Source: Nemertoderma westbladi (lineage: Eukaryota > Animalia > Xenacoelomorpha). Taken from it: a stretch of 64,000 nucleotides of DNA. This document shows, piece by piece, positions 1 to 13,337 of this stretch. A model generated the notes under the pieces. The model made no database searches and was not told the DNA's origin. It saw nothing but the letters and a program-made list of their open reading frames with translations. The DNA lies in NCBI GenBank assembly GCA_032718475.1, contig JAUCBJ010001431.1, positions 62,001-126,000 of the forward strand, given 5' to 3'. Position numbers and translations under genes: made by a program. Position 1 is the first letter of the stretch, and each line of letters opens with the position of its first letter.

Positions 1-906
1 ATCAGGTTGGGCGAGCAACCAGGGACGGCACCACGAGTAGTATTAGGGGAGACGATGCCCGAGAGGGGCGAGGAAATCGACGTAGATCGGGACACTAACG
101 TCCGGAAGTTCGCTTACCAGCGACTCCACAGACCGCGGAGATCGCTTGGGACGAGGGACGAGGTGGGGCGGGAGACGTTGGTACTCGGTTGCGATTACTG
201 TGGGAGACAGACCCACCAGAAAAGAAGCTGTTTGTACCGGTTCCAGAAAGGGACCTTTTGTCTCTATTGCCGCGAGTCGAGCCACAGGATGGGGGCGTGT
301 CCACGGTTGCATAACCGATGTTCGAAATGTAACTTTCGGGGACATTACGGACGCCAGTGCGACTGGATGGACGATGAAGAGAAGTTTAGGGTCTTCGAGG
401 AATGGGCCGACGTCGGGGCGATGACTCGACAACGTATGAAGGCCCAGGAGTTCCGGTGGGGCATCTTTAACATCAATCAGGAGGCTCACATGGAGATTAT
501 CAAACGGAGGCTTCCGTTTACCTACCAGGAAGTGGCGACGGCGGCATCATATGCCGGGGTGATAAATACGCAGAGGTATTTAGATAGGTGGACGCCACAG
601 AACAGAGGAGAGTTTAGGGATTTCTTGGCAGAGCATGTGCCGCGGGCAATGAAGATGATCTTATGGGACGCCACCAGGGGGAGACAACAGGGCCACTCGG
701 AGGGGCCACCCACGAAGCGATATCGGGAGCTGATAACGCCGGCACCCAAGGAGCCAACAACCGGGATCAGTAAGGAGGTGGCGGCGAGAGTCCGAAGACA
801 GAAAACAGATCCCAAAGGAGCAGTAGTAACCAGGAAACGACCCAGGGATGAGGACGGCAAAGGGAAAGACTTGAGACGGTTCCCAAAGGGTGGTGGAACG
901 AACTAA
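1..906 (+). CDS. Triple CCHC zinc-knuckle ORF at the 3' end of a Bel/Pao-family LTR element (open at the window edge)
   Basis: Three Cx2Cx4Hx4C motifs (CDYCGRQTHQKRSC, CLYCRESSHRMGAC, CSKCNFRGHYGRQC) and a basic tail. Followed by a 3' UTR, PPT and LTR homologous to those of the element at 54515-62476. Confidence 0.7.
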   Translation: MRLGEQPGTAPRVVLGETMPERGEEIDVDRDTNVRKFAYQRLHRPRRSLGTRDEVGRETLVLGCDYCGRQTHQKRSCLYRFQKGTFCLYCRESSHRMGACPRLHNRCSKCNFRGHYGRQCDWMDDEEKFRVFEEWADVGAMTRQRMKAQEFRWGIFNINQEAHMEIIKRRLPFTYQEVATAASYAGVINTQRYLDRWTPQNRGEFRDFLAEHVPRAMKMILWDATRGRQQGHSEGPPTKRYRELITPAPKEPTTGISKEVAARVRRQKTDPKGAVVTRKRPRDEDGKGKDLRRFPKGGGTN

Positions 907-1608
907 GACTTCGTGTGACGTGCCTGGAAGGCACCACGCGACACGTGCAGACTCTTAAATACAAATCCAAATAGTTCAAATATTCAAATAATGTAAATAA
1001 TCGAATAAGTGCAATTTGTATGTACGTACGTAACAATCAGTAATCTAGTAATAAAATATATTCGAAGTAAGTACTATAGTCATATAACCTTTCTCAATTA
1101 GCTACTGGGACTGGGGACCAACGGACTATGATACTAGCATGGACGAGACATAGGACGACATCACGCTTCTTGAGTGCGACGGCCCAAAAGGGAGGGGTGA
1201 GACTCGTCAGGAGTGAGTGGTCAGGAAAGAGGTTGAGTTGTAGTGCAGAGAGAGTGCGGGGTATAGAGAGAGTGCGAGCGCAATTCAAGTGTGGGGGGGG
1301 AGAAGTAAGAGGCAGATTAAGGGACGAAGAGGTCCGAGAGCGTAAGAGTTGGGGTGAGAGTAGAGTAGAGTTAGAGTGGCGAAAGTGCTGGGGAAACAAA
1401 AGTCGTGTGAGAGGAGCGCACGATCGGCCCGACACGGGACGCCAGGCAAACGGGTAGCGTTATCATACCCATAGGGAGCGGCCTGGAAAGCCGGCTCCGA
1501 GAGAAAATAGTTCCACCCCACACCCGACACTAGGTCGGGATCCAGCAGAATTGTAGCGCACTTGAGGTGGATGCTATCTTCTTACCGGGAAGATAGCATG
1601 GGGGGGAG

Positions 1609-2155
1609 TGTTAGCTTATTCAATTCCGCTAACACCCCACAAAGTAAGCCGTTAAGCAATATTGGGAGCACGAGGTTGGGTAATCAACAACTCGTGCCAC
1701 CCCAACAAAGTGGGAAGGAGAAACACACAATAGGGGTCAGGGGCCATACCCCTGACAGAGAGAGAATAGCAGGAGTGAGGGGAAACACTCCAAAGGGCGC
1801 CAACAGGGATATTAGCCAATGGGGGGAAGGCACCGGCTAGGTACTGTAACAACGGCCAAACCGTGCAATATATATTATTAGGTATCAGTAATCAGTTATT
1901 CAGTTATCTCATTTGTGTTAGTCGGTTAGCTAGGGTAGAGCGGAGACTTCTAAGACCGTCCTCGCCTACCACCATTATCTGTACATACCGTGAATCTATA
2001 CTGTATCCATTTATACTATATCTACCCTAACGTTTGCATTATACATATCGGAGAATCAATAACATCAGGCTTGGACACTTTTTACACTCAAACGGCGGGG
2101 ACGCGTACTTTCAATAACCACGGATAAACCGGGATCTTCTTTGGATCCCGTCACA
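1609..2155 (+). mobile_element. 3' LTR of a Bel/Pao-family element (diverged sister of the 54515-62476 element)
   Basis: TGTTAGC...GATCCCGTCACA termini, PPT GGGGGGGAG directly upstream, and clear similarity to 61939-62476 and its upstream UTR. Confidence 0.85.
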
Positions 2156-2306
2156 TTCCACACAAACGAAAATGTCATGTTTTTTAATTGTTTGACAGAA
2201 GTCAGGATCGGCAATCGCCGTCTTTATACCTTCTATGTTTAGCAAGCCAACCTTCAGCATATTTTATCAGTTCCTGCTTTTGGCGGCTCAAATTTTAGTT
2301 CTGGGT

Positions 2307-4475
2307 TCAGCCTGTTTGAGTTTCCTGTTCGGGCTGGAAATCCCCCGTACTTTCCCGGATTCGCCAGGTCTGATCATCTCCGCCTGTACCCCGCTGTATA
2401 ATTATTACCGGGGTGTGCTGAGGCTCCACAGAGTCAACCCCCACTCGGTCTGATACAAACTCAGCCATACCTTCCCGATTTGGGGCTGACTGCAGTTCAG
2501 AACCAATAGGCAAGGCCTGAGCTGCATCAGGGCAACCCAATTGTGGCCCCTCCACCCGCCGTCGCTCTTCCTCTCCATGCTTCCGTTCCTCCGCCCGCCG
2601 TCGCTCTTCCTCTCCACGCTTCCGTTCTTCATCCCGCCGTTGCTCTTCATCTCCATGCATCCGTTCCTCCGCCCGCCGTCGCTCTTCTTCTCCATGCTTC
2701 TGTTCCTGCGCCCGCCGTCGCTCTTCCTCTCCACGCTTCCGTTCCTCCGCCCACCGTCGCTGTTCCTCTCCACGCTTCTGTTCCTCCGCCCGCCGTCGCT
2801 CTTCCCCTCCACACTTCCGTTCCTCCGCCCGCCGTCACTCTTCCTCTCCACGCTTCCGTTCCTCCGCCCGCCGTCGCTCTTCCTCTCCACACTTCTGTCC
2901 TTCCGCCCACCGTTGCTCTTCCTCTCCACGCTTCCGTTCCTCTGCCCGCCATCGCTCTTCCTCTCTACGCTTCCGTTCCTCCGCCCGCCGTCGCTCTTCC
3001 TCTCCATGCTTCCGTTCCTCCACCCGCTGTCGCTCTTCCTCTCCACGCTTCTGTTCCTCCGCCCGCCGTCGCTCTTCCTCTTCACGCTTCTGTTCCTCCG
3101 CCCACCATCGCTCTTCCTCTCCATGGTTCCGTTCCTCCGCCCGCCGTCGCTCTTCCTCTTCACGCTTCCACTCTTCCTGCCGCAGTTCTGTCTCCCACAG
3201 ATTTCTCTCATCCGCTCGTCTCCTATCATATTCCTCAACCTCATTGCTTCCCAGTTGTTCACCCTCACTGGTTGGCAGGTTTACCTGGTATCGAAATCTC
3301 GTATTAGGATGGATGTCCAGACCTCTCGAAACCTGCTCATGCGACCTGTATAGATTCGTATCGGGATGGGATGGCTCCCGTGATCGTCCAGGGGAGTGCC
3401 TGTCGAGCAGTGTCCTGATATTAATATTAGGAGAATCGATTATGTCCCAACCACTAATTGAAAAATTAGTCAGTTTCAAAACGTTACCTGATACTCATGC
3501 AATAAGCCCCATCTCTTTAGCTTCTCTGGATAAGCGGAAAAGAATTGCTCTCTGTGATCTCAGTTCAGGGGGGTAATCGTCCACCATTCGATACTCTAAG
3601 CCAATTAGTTGCTCCTTGGCGTCCAATGCTGTATATTTGTCAGTCATATTTTTAAATTCAATTTTTATAGGCCGGGTGGAACCGCACTTGAACATACCTT
3701 GCCTCGAAACACGATCAACACCTAGTCGCTCCGTGATCCCGAGATCTTTGCTCAAAAAGTTGTGAGCAACCTGCTTTAAATCCTCGTTACGTGATTCTTT
3801 AATGTTCATTACGATAAGGTTCCGGCGTCCCCACTGCCTCTCGTTATCCACTATGCGCTTTAGATGTACTCTGTGTGTAACGTCCACCTTTTTCTCCAGT
3901 GTCCGTAGATTCTCCCGCATAGTTGACAGACCATCCATGATCTTGGGAATAAGAAGGATACTGTCCAGGTGCTATTGTGCAAGAACCGGCCCTGGCTCCT
4001 TCTCCTGTCTGCTGTCCTGGCTTGGGCCGTTCCACTCGTTCGGGATTGATCGTCCACTACTGCTAACCCGCGCCCTCTTCTGCCTTTGGGAATTTCTGCC
4101 GACTACTTCCACCCAACGTTCCCCAACCTCATCCCTCTTATCTGAGTCTGTTCCAATCAATAGCTCCTCCTGTGTATTGTAGACAGGAAGAAGATGTGTC
4201 TCGTCCTCACCCGAAACCTCATCCCTGAGGCAGCTGAAGCGATTAGTGCATTCCAAACTGGATAGGCCTAGGTCTTCCATAGAAGGCTCTTCCGGTGGTT
4301 GGGCAATACCGGTAGTTGTTGCAAGCCGTACCGATTCCGGAGAAAGAGATATCCACCATGTACCGGTATCTATAGGAGGTTGTTGAGAAACCGTCCTCAA
4401 TGCGTCACCAGCATTAACCATATCAGGGCGTTCCGTTGTATATGGACGCGGGGCCATTACATTCACAGTTCGCAC
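2307..4475 (-). pseudogene. LINE ORF1-like (L1/L2/CR1-type RRM) pseudogene with E/R-rich repeat tail
   Basis: ORFs 3972-4475, 3495-3938, 2835-3479 and 2307-2660 share one frame separated by single stops. RRNLIVMNIKES...RPIKIEF...DDYPPELRSQR is typical of ORF1p. Confidence 0.7.
2555..3170. repeat. 39-bp minisatellite (~16 copies) encoding GEEERRRAEERKR on the minus strand
   Basis: Unit ccgccgtcgctcttcctctccacgcttccgttcctccgc. Confidence 0.9.
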
Positions 4476-5119
4476 CGTAATCAGTTAAGCATATATTCTT
4501 CAGCAGATGCAGAACGCAATATATATATATAAAAGTAGGCAGATAGGCCAATAAACATTTACCAGTACACGACATACAGTAGCCTACTGTTACTGTACTA
4601 CTGCAGGTGTACTACTGGTGTACCGCAGGTCCAGCGGTACACCGCTGACTGTGAACTACCCAACAGGTAGTTGTTCACTAAACCGCACGGTTTACCGCAG
4701 CCCATGTAAATAATGTTAAAACAATAATGTAATTTCCTGTTGAATTCACAGTCGACAGACAGACAATCAGTTACCGCAACGGTACCGTTGGGTGTGAACG
4801 GGCTCCGGGTGGTGTACCGCTGTCTTACTGCTTCAATACCGCTAGACTACTTTACCGATCACGCACCGTTGGATGTGAACGGGGCTTTACTCTGATATAT
4901 TATAATTAATTAATGATTTCAAGGAAAATAATCAGTCGAGAATTAAAAGTAAAGTAGTACCGCGTTACTTTTAGTTAATTAAATTAGGGAATTAATTAAA
5001 TTAGTGTATGTTAATGGAGGAGGCCGTTGTGGATGACTTTGGTTGAATGGGGTATAAGTAAGAAGATAAACGGATTGCCTTATACATGAGTAAGACTAAC
5101 TTCCAAATTCAGTACGGGG

Positions 5120-5349
5120 CGCGGGCACTAATGACTCGTGGGCACTAACGTCTCACTTGCAAACAAAGTCTCGGGCACTAATGACTCGTGGGCACTAACG
5201 TCTCACTTGCAAACAAGGTCCTCGGGCACTAATGAATGGCGGGCACTAACGTCTCCCTTGCAAACATGGTTCCCGGGCACTAATGACTCGCGGGCACTAA
5301 TGTCTCGCGGGCAATAATGTCTCGCGGGCACTAATGTCTCGCGGGCACA
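5120..5349. repeat. Tandem CGGGCACTAATG(A/T)CTCG subrepeats, probably the end of a DNA transposon
   Basis: About ten 17-bp-core repeats in a higher-order arrangement. Confidence 0.6.
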
Positions 5350-6156
5350 TCTAAGGCAACATATTTTGAATGGATCTACCTATGTTGCTCGCTATATCTC
5401 CTTTTATTTATTATAATAATAAATATTTTGCAGTATCTATTTTGCATGCATGCATACACTACAACAGTAGGATAATTGTCAGCTTATTTTAGTCTAGTAT
5501 CATAGCATTATTTGATTTAGTAAACTTCCAACTTTAACTTCAACTTAAATTTTGCAGTTCAATGTCAGTACTTAGTAATTAGTAGGTTCAGCACTTATAA
5601 ATTTTTACACAGCTCTTTACATTTTTTTTTATATTCTTAATGGTGGATAGTGTAAGGGACTACCCGTCTGTCCACCATCTGCACATTGCATGCATGATAC
5701 CATGAACACCCATTTTTAGCTTTTGTTAGCAAGTCGCCCCCCCCCCCCTAATTTTTTTAAAAATTTCACTCAAATGCTACGAAATTTGGTATGATGTTAG
5801 TTGAACAAGCCATTAAAAATCGTATATTTGGCAATATTTAGAGGCCTCAGTTGAATTTTTTTTTCGTCTTTAGAATGTAATCCAGATATTATTAGAACCA
5901 CCTTCATCTGCAGATTCCGAATCTGAAAACAGTTTTAAATTCCAGAAAAAATTGCCAAAGATATTATCAAAATACTAAGGTGTAAGTTTCGAGGCGTAAA
6001 TCGATATAACTCTTTAATGTTTTTTGTCTTTATTCTTGAATACTGTATTACTTATTATTTAGATGCGCCTTTAAAACTCTCCATCTTGTTTCTTAATTAC
6101 GGATATTCTAGAATTGAGTAGAAAAACATGAGAATTATATCGATTTACGTGTCTAA

Positions 6157-6753
6157 GGCCCCCCTCACACGGAGCAACTTATTTCTGCAACTTGTTTCTG
6201 AAACTTGTTGCTGGACCCCCTCACACACAGAAACTTGTTGCTGCAACTTGTTTCCGAAACTTGTTTCTGTGTGTGAGGACTCCAGCAACAAGTTTCTGCA
6301 ACTTGTTTCCGAAACTTATTTCTGTGTGTGAGGGGGTCCAGCAACAAGTTGCTGGAAGTTATATACCCAGCAACTTTTTAAAAAACCTTTTTTACATCCA
6401 ATTTTTGATTAGAGCTAATATTCGATAAATTGAGTGATTTGATATTATATATAAATGACTGGAAATGTTAGCTATTTGTTTTGAAATAATTGTTATTTTC
6501 TTGAGCAACAAGTTTCTGTGTGTGAGGGGGTCCAGCAACAAGTTGCAGAAACAAGTTTCGGAAACAAGTTGCAGAAACAAGTTGCAGCAACTTGTTTCTG
6601 TGTGTGAGGGGGTCCAGCAACAAGTTGCAGAAACAAGTTTCGGAAACAAGTTGCTGAAACAAGTTGCAGCAACATGTTTCTGTGTGTGAGGGGGTCCAGC
6701 AACAAGTTTCAGAAACAAGTTGCAGAAACAAGTTGCTCCGTGTGAGGGGGGCC
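6157..6753. mobile_element. PIF/Harbinger-type MITE
   Basis: TIR GGCCCCCCTCACACGGAGCAAC, TSD TAA, internal AACTTGTT subrepeats; second copy at 24268. Confidence 0.85.
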
Positions 6754-6774
6754 TAATAGAGACGTAGTGTCATT

Positions 6775-6985
6775 TCACTACTTGGGGTAGTGCCAGTGAG
6801 GGTGATAGGAGAAGGCAGTCGATCAGTAACCACGTTGATGCTGGTCGACAGTGGAGCAGCCTTCTCATTGGTGGAGAATTGGGTGGCCGAAGAGATAGGA
6901 CTAAAGACGAGGCCAAGTAGGATGGCGGTAACAACCATCTCCAGCAAAGATGAGGTCCTGGAGATGAGGACGGGACAGTGCGATT
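6775..6985 (+). pseudogene. Bel/Pao aspartic protease fragment
   Basis: TTLMLVDSGAAFSLVENWVAEEIGLKTRP, nearly identical to the protein encoded at ~59845-60050. Confidence 0.85.
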
Positions 6986-7919
6986 TGATTCGATTCGATT
7001 CGATTTGATTTGACAGTGCCATTGTGAGGGGGGCCTAAATCTAAATGTATAAATTCGATAATATCTCCGGAAGTTGATGGTAAAATTGAAAACGGTTTTC
7101 AGATTCGGAATCTGCAGATGAAGGCGGGGAAGACTGATGAAATACAGCCGACGGAGGTGGATAAATACAGTATTCCAAATAGACGATTTTTAACGGCTTG
7201 TATCGAAATAGCTCAGAATTTGAAAAATCCGGCCAGACCGGCAGTAAGAAAGGTTGTCGAACTATCATCACACCAAATTGCGTAGCATATGATTGAAATT
7301 TGTAGAAATTAGGGGAGGGGGCTCCGACTTGCTAAAAATGGTTGATTGTATTTAAGGAGATGGTGTATATTATAACACTAGTATGTGGATTATTCATCCA
7401 TAAGCTAAGTGTTCTAGAACTTGGTGTATTTATTTAAATGTTTGTGTGGGAGCCATCTGGAGCTACGAACGCACTGACTGCACTATGATTTATATTACCG
7501 GTATCTTGTATCCTAATGTTTCAAGTAATGTTGTAAATTAATAAGAGTAAGATTTTCATTAGTTGCTATGAAACTGAACCAACAAAACTCTGGAATATTT
7601 AATGTTTTGGTTATATTTATAGTTTTATTTACATTAATGTATTGGCTACAATATAGGCCTACTAATTATTGTTAATTAACAAATATTTAATTCCAGTGGT
7701 GCTAAAATGATTCCAAAAACTGTGACACACCACAGCAGCGGCGAGTGGTAGCGACGGGCGGCCGCTGCAGCCCACTGCCCTTTTAGAACTTGCTCTATAT
7801 TTTGAACGGCGAGCGGCTTTGTGAGTTATTCACAAATAAAAAAAATTGATCTGATTACATGAAGGGAAGGGGTGGTGTTTACCAGAATTTTACCAGCTAT
7901 ATTTGATATATATATTGGT

Positions 7920-9438
7920 ACTAGTTAGCAAGTCGTAAGACTTGATTACTGTAAGAAAAAAAAGCTACTGACTACTGGCTACTGGCTACTGACTACTGCA
8001 CCTACTGGCTACTGACTACTGACTACTGGCTACTGACCTAGAGCAAAAACGGCTCTAACGATTTTGATGAAATTTTGCATGGACCATGAAAATAGATTTC
8101 TAAGGGTACTTGTGAAATCGCGGTGTAAATTGAAACATCTCAACTTGTTTTATTTCGAAAAATAAATCCAAAACACGAAAATTACCATAGGCGCAATGAT
8201 AAAACACCAGCTGGCACTCATGAAGAATGTACAGAGATGGCCTAGTAATGCTATTCAATAGAGGAAAGGCCAACTAATTACAACTCAACTCGAGTGAGAT
8301 TAGCTCGCATTGTTTGTACAGGACAAACAAACCTCGTCTGTCATAGACAGAGTATAAGGCATACAACAATTACACCATCTGGTTTGGTAACTAAATTCCT
8401 TTGTCCCTACCTACCGCGTAGGTCAGCATTAGTTGAATGGACAGAACTTTTCACACCATCTGGTTTGTCTCAACTAAAATACATTGCGTGTAATTGTTTT
8501 ATTTATAAATCTTTTGGCCAACATTAATACTATATAGGCCTAGAGACTGTATGTTTAAAAGGCTGTATGTTTACTCAGCTTCATGATTCTCCATAGGCTA
8601 ACATTATAGTTTGAAATGTAAAAATCACTGCTTATTATCTATATCAGGTTACTCACTGTTGATTGCAAAATATTTTATTGTTGGATTACTCTCTGTCAGA
8701 CTCCCCTTCAGAACATTGTAGAGGGAATTTACTTTAGTTTACTCTACTGTGCCATTCAGCTGAATGGATTTGAGCGATTGCCAAGTTACAGAGTGGGATC
8801 GCTCTCTGACCATAGGCAAAGACATCAAATCTTTTTAAATTTCCATTTTTTTTTCTGACCAAAAATTTCAAAAAAAAATTTTCGTAGCCAGTAGTTCGCC
8901 CTTCGAGCAGCACGCGAGTTACATCAAATAATAGACACACTGTTTGACTTTGTCCCTTCGAGCAGCACGTGTGTTTGGCTTTGACCCTTTGATATATGAT
9001 GTTGTGCCCTTCGAGCACCACGTGAGTTACGTCAAATACAGTAATAGACACACTGTTACACTTTGTCTCTTCGAGCAGCACGTGAGTTTGGCTTCGACCC
9101 TTCGATATATGTAGTTGCGCCCTTCGAGCAGCACGTGAGTTACATCAAATAATAGACACACTGTTTGACTTTGTCCCTTCGAGCAGCACGTAATTACATA
9201 ATTAGTTATATATAGGCCTACTATATCTCGTTGTCTCTTTTATTTGAAATAAAAAGTCGGTTCCTTATTGGGCCGCAGGCCCGTCACTCACTAGTAGTTT
9301 GAAGTTGTCTAGAAAATTTCCCGTACACCACCGGGACTACCCTCACACTAATTTATTATCAGACAGAACAAAAAGCTTTTACTTGACTCGTACTGTCTCC
9401 TACGACTTGCTTCACGGGCCGCTAGGCCCGTTTCTAGT
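7920..9438 (+). mobile_element. Non-autonomous Helitron/Helentron-like element(s)
   Basis: ACTACTG microsatellite near the start, ~120-bp internal tandem repeats (8895-9190), and two GC hairpin + CTAGT ends (GGGCCGCAGGCCC ~9270; CGGGCCGCTAGGCCCG ~9415). Confidence 0.55.
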
Positions 9439-11077
9439 GTGTTGTAGGTACACCCACCCCCCTCAAAATTTTTTATTATACCACATTTTTGCCAACTTTT
9501 TGGAAATATGTCATATAGGCCTATTTAATAATTTATATAATAAAATAGAGTCAATTTTTAAAAAACTTTCAAATTATATTTTTCATTAGTGATGTTGTAT
9601 TCGATATCAAGGTAATTATATTTTGTAGATCATTATATTTTCTATAGCTAAGATTTATGATGATTACATGTTGTATAAATGACTGATTTGAGTTTAGAGG
9701 AATTAATAAGTCTTATACAGTATAAGTATTCTATGTAATTAATTTTCTGAATATATGACCTCAATACAGTGAAATCCTAATTAGATGAAACAAATTCTAC
9801 AAAAATTTAAAAAAATATATTTTTTATATTTTTTAAAAATATTCTTGAACAAAAATTATTTGTTCTAGAACTTTTATATTTTAGTTCTAATTAGCGAAGA
9901 TGTTTTAGAACATTATTCAAAACTAAAAATAGTACATTAATATTTTTATTATTTTTTTAAAATTGTTCTATACTTGTTCTAGAACATTTATTAATTTTTT
10001 ATAAATTAGATAACATGTTCTGGAACATGTTCATAAAAAGAAATAGCCTAAACTAGCTAGTAAAATTTATTTTTTATTTTATTTTTTTTTTTTTGGGGGG
10101 GGGGGGGGGCAGTTCACCTGTAACACACTAGTACCTATATTTTTATGAGGGAGGGGGGGGGGGGGGGGGGTAAACCATAATGGTCCAAAATTTATTATTT
10201 TTATATGATTAAATGGTGTTTCCAAATTAGGGAGACCTATTGAAATTATTATTACTATGTTATGCAAGAAATTTCAGCCAGGGGCATATCCTTGGAGATC
10301 TGTGGATTGTACTACTGTAGGCCTAAATCGAACCTTAAGTTCGTATTCTAGACGATTTCCAAATCCTGGACCGCGCTTTCACTGGTGTCCTCGCCTTCCA
10401 TTAACTTTCGGGTATTCGAGCACACCATGCTTAGAGTGAATGCTTTTATGTCAAAGTTTACTGTCAAAATTTGGTCTTCTGGGAGTTAACAAAAACACAT
10501 ACACGAGTAGCATCCTGCTTCCTTTTGTGTAAGGTGCTTGCTTGGCTGGATTTCCTCGACCTGTGGAACCAGTGGAGTAGGTGGTGTTACCATCACCCCA
10601 ACATCATTATGATTATCTAATGGCATACGTAGGACATAGTTAACCTCAACTATAAATGAACAGTATCACACTGGTGGTGGACCCTTAAAATTGAGTGCGG
10701 GGTCACGTAGTCGACCAGTGGGGTGCCATTTCACATCCCGGGCGTAAGGTCACATTTACATAAATAATAATAAAATATAATAAATGTGATGCCTTTGAAT
10801 AGTCACATAATATTTACTTATTTACTACATACATACAGTAGTTATGTGTATGTAGATACCGGTTTGACTTAAACTTTCTGTTCCGCGTAGAGTCTTAGAG
10901 TACAACCCCAATGAAATTTTGGCGCTTTATAAATAATTAAATATTATTTATATTATTACTACCATAGACGCATAGGGAACTCTAGCCCGAATAACACACC
11001 ACCCACCCCATTGTCAATAGGGTTAAGCCAAATATAACTTTCCTGAATATTACGTTTCTTTCGCGTTTATTATTGTT

Positions 11078-11989
11078 ATGGCAACGGATACATCATCTAT
11101 TGGTAGTGATGAAGTCTTCTTTGATATTCATAAATGTAATGAACACTTTTGTCCTCCGGAAATACCCAAACCTGGTACCAAAGTCAACAGATTCCGAGCC
11201 CTCGACATGGCGTGGAATAGGCCACCTAAATGGAGACCCTCGATGTTCAAAAGGAACTTCGATTATGAAGTAAATCCAAATCCTCCAGAAGAAGAGAAAA
11301 GTTCGATAGACATTAAAAGTTATTCAGATACGAAAACGAATAAAGACAAGAAAAGGGTTGATAGACGAAGGTTAATCGGGAATATTTTGAGACGAAAACG
11401 GCGAGTAATTATTGGAATTCTTATAGGCCTATTAGCCGCGGGGATATTTGGTGTAATAACTTGGTTAATTTGGAAAGAACTTCGACCCAGTATTGTAAAC
11501 GCTATTCCTATAAACTCAACTATTACTAATTTTTCTTCAACTTCCACCACCGAACAGCCCTCACCACCCCAACCGTACAATACCACCAGTGTCCCTATAG
11601 ATCTAACAGAAATTGAAAACGCCACTGAATGGAATGTGATATCATCATCACCCCCACCCACCACTACAGCACCTCCACCAACCACTACAACCCCCCCACC
11701 CACCACTACAACCCCCCCACCCACCACAACTACCAAGGCAGTATTCCCATGTCCCGGTAATTCCGTTTCTAATAAACCTGTTTCTTTTTTCAACAACAAC
11801 GTGATCTGCGGCGATGGTGATCTTATAATACAGTTTCGAGATAAGTCATCTTCCACTGATTTCAATAAAGATTGGGCGTCTTATGAAAAAGGTTTTGGTG
11901 ACATGGAAGAAAATGGTTACTGGCTCGGGTTAGAAACAATTCATCTAATAACAACGCAATGGGAATGTGATCTACAGATTGAATTAATG
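11078..11989 (+). CDS. Exon 1 of a type II transmembrane fibrinogen-related protein (FIBCD1/FREP-like): cytoplasmic tail, TM, P/T stalk, start of FReD
   Basis: Basic RRKRR then a hydrophobic TM segment, PPPTTT repeats, IIQFR..DFNKDWASYEKGFG..YWLGLETIH; GT donor at 11990. Confidence 0.85.
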
Positions 11990-12179
11990 GTATTACTCCC
12001 ACCCCCCTCCCTCCCCCATTTATACAAAAAAACCTTTCGATTTTCACACCTAAAATTCAAATGTATTTATAATTTTATAAAATACTAGATATTAATAGAG
12101 GCTCCAGCCTATGATCCCGTAGGATTTGTATATATATTGACTGAGCCACCCTACATGGATGTTTAGTACAGATAATCTA

Positions 12180-13337
12180 GGATGATTCTAAATTAGGAAA
12201 ACACTAGTAAAACAGTAAAACACTAGGAAAACATAGGAAAAGTACTGTAAAACACACGGAAAACAGTGAAAATATTGATCAGCAGGGAATTTAACACATG
12301 TACTTCTCTGAATTGACAATCCTAAATGTACTCCTCGCATAGCACCCCTTAAGTAATCATCGTAAAACATAGGGAAAACACTATAAAACTACTATAAACC
12401 TTCCGGAAAACAGTGAAAAAATTGATCAGCATTAAATTTTACCTATATGCTGCAAAAAAATAAATTGAAAGAGTCTAATACTGCCCAGAAAGCTTGTTGC
12501 CAGGCAACCAAAGAACTGTAACCAATCAGCATATGGTGCAGTATCAGTACAGCAGTACTATCCTTGTTTTACCGGTCAGTTGGTAGAGGCGCAAAGTACC
12601 AGTATTGCTGTATTCTGGTAGGCCTATTACCTGATTACAGATTACAGTATTAGTGCTGTAGTGCAGTAGTGTAATGCTGTTATGTAATGCTTTAATGTCC
12701 CATGGCTATGGCACTATCTCTGTAACCAGGTTGCCAGGCTGTCTTAATACTGTAATGCTTACCGGTACTACTCAGCTACTAAATATAGAAATATTTACAG
12801 CTTTAACTAACCCTAACAATACTGCAATATCTGAATACTGGAATACACTACTGCACTACAGCACTAATACTGTAATCTGTAATCAGGTAATAGGCCTACC
12901 AGAATACAGCAATACTGGTACTTTGCACCTCTACCGACTGACCGGTAAAACAAGGATAGTACTGCTGTACTGATACTGCACCGTATGCTGATTGGTTACA
13001 GTTCTTTGGTTGCCTGGCAACAAGCTTTCTGGGCAGTATTAGACTCTTTCAATTTATTTTTTTGCAGCATATAGGTAAAATTTAATGCTGATCAATTTTT
13101 TCACTGTTTTCCGGAAGGTTTATAGTGTTTTTATAGTGTTTTCCCTATGTTTTACGGTGATTACTTAAGGGGTGCTATGCGAGGAGTACATTTAGGATTG
13201 TCAATTCAGAGAAGTACATGTGTTAAATTTCCTGCTGATCAATATTTTCACTGTTTTCCGGGTGTTTTACAGTACTTTTCTTATGTTTTCCTAGTGTTTT
13301 ACCGTTTTACTAGTGTTTTCCTAATTTAGAACTATCC
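12180..13337. mobile_element. Mutator-like foldback element nested in the previous element
   Basis: ~490-bp near-perfect TIRs; 9-bp TSD GATAATCTA at 12171-12179 and 13338-13346. Confidence 0.85.

Larger units (their letters stand above)
5726..7335. mobile_element. Old foldback/TIR element with long imperfect inverted arms
   Basis: TTAGCAAGTCG...CGACTTGCTAA ends; inner blocks at ~5780/7270 and ~5905/7075 are inverted copies. Confidence 0.5.

Noticed and set aside
2405-3353. Overlapping ORFs in several frames
   Set aside because: By-product of a 39-bp repeat with few stop codons.
11990-12088. C-terminus of the 336-aa ORF as given in the ORF track
   Set aside because: Read-through into the intron; FReD similarity resumes at 16431.
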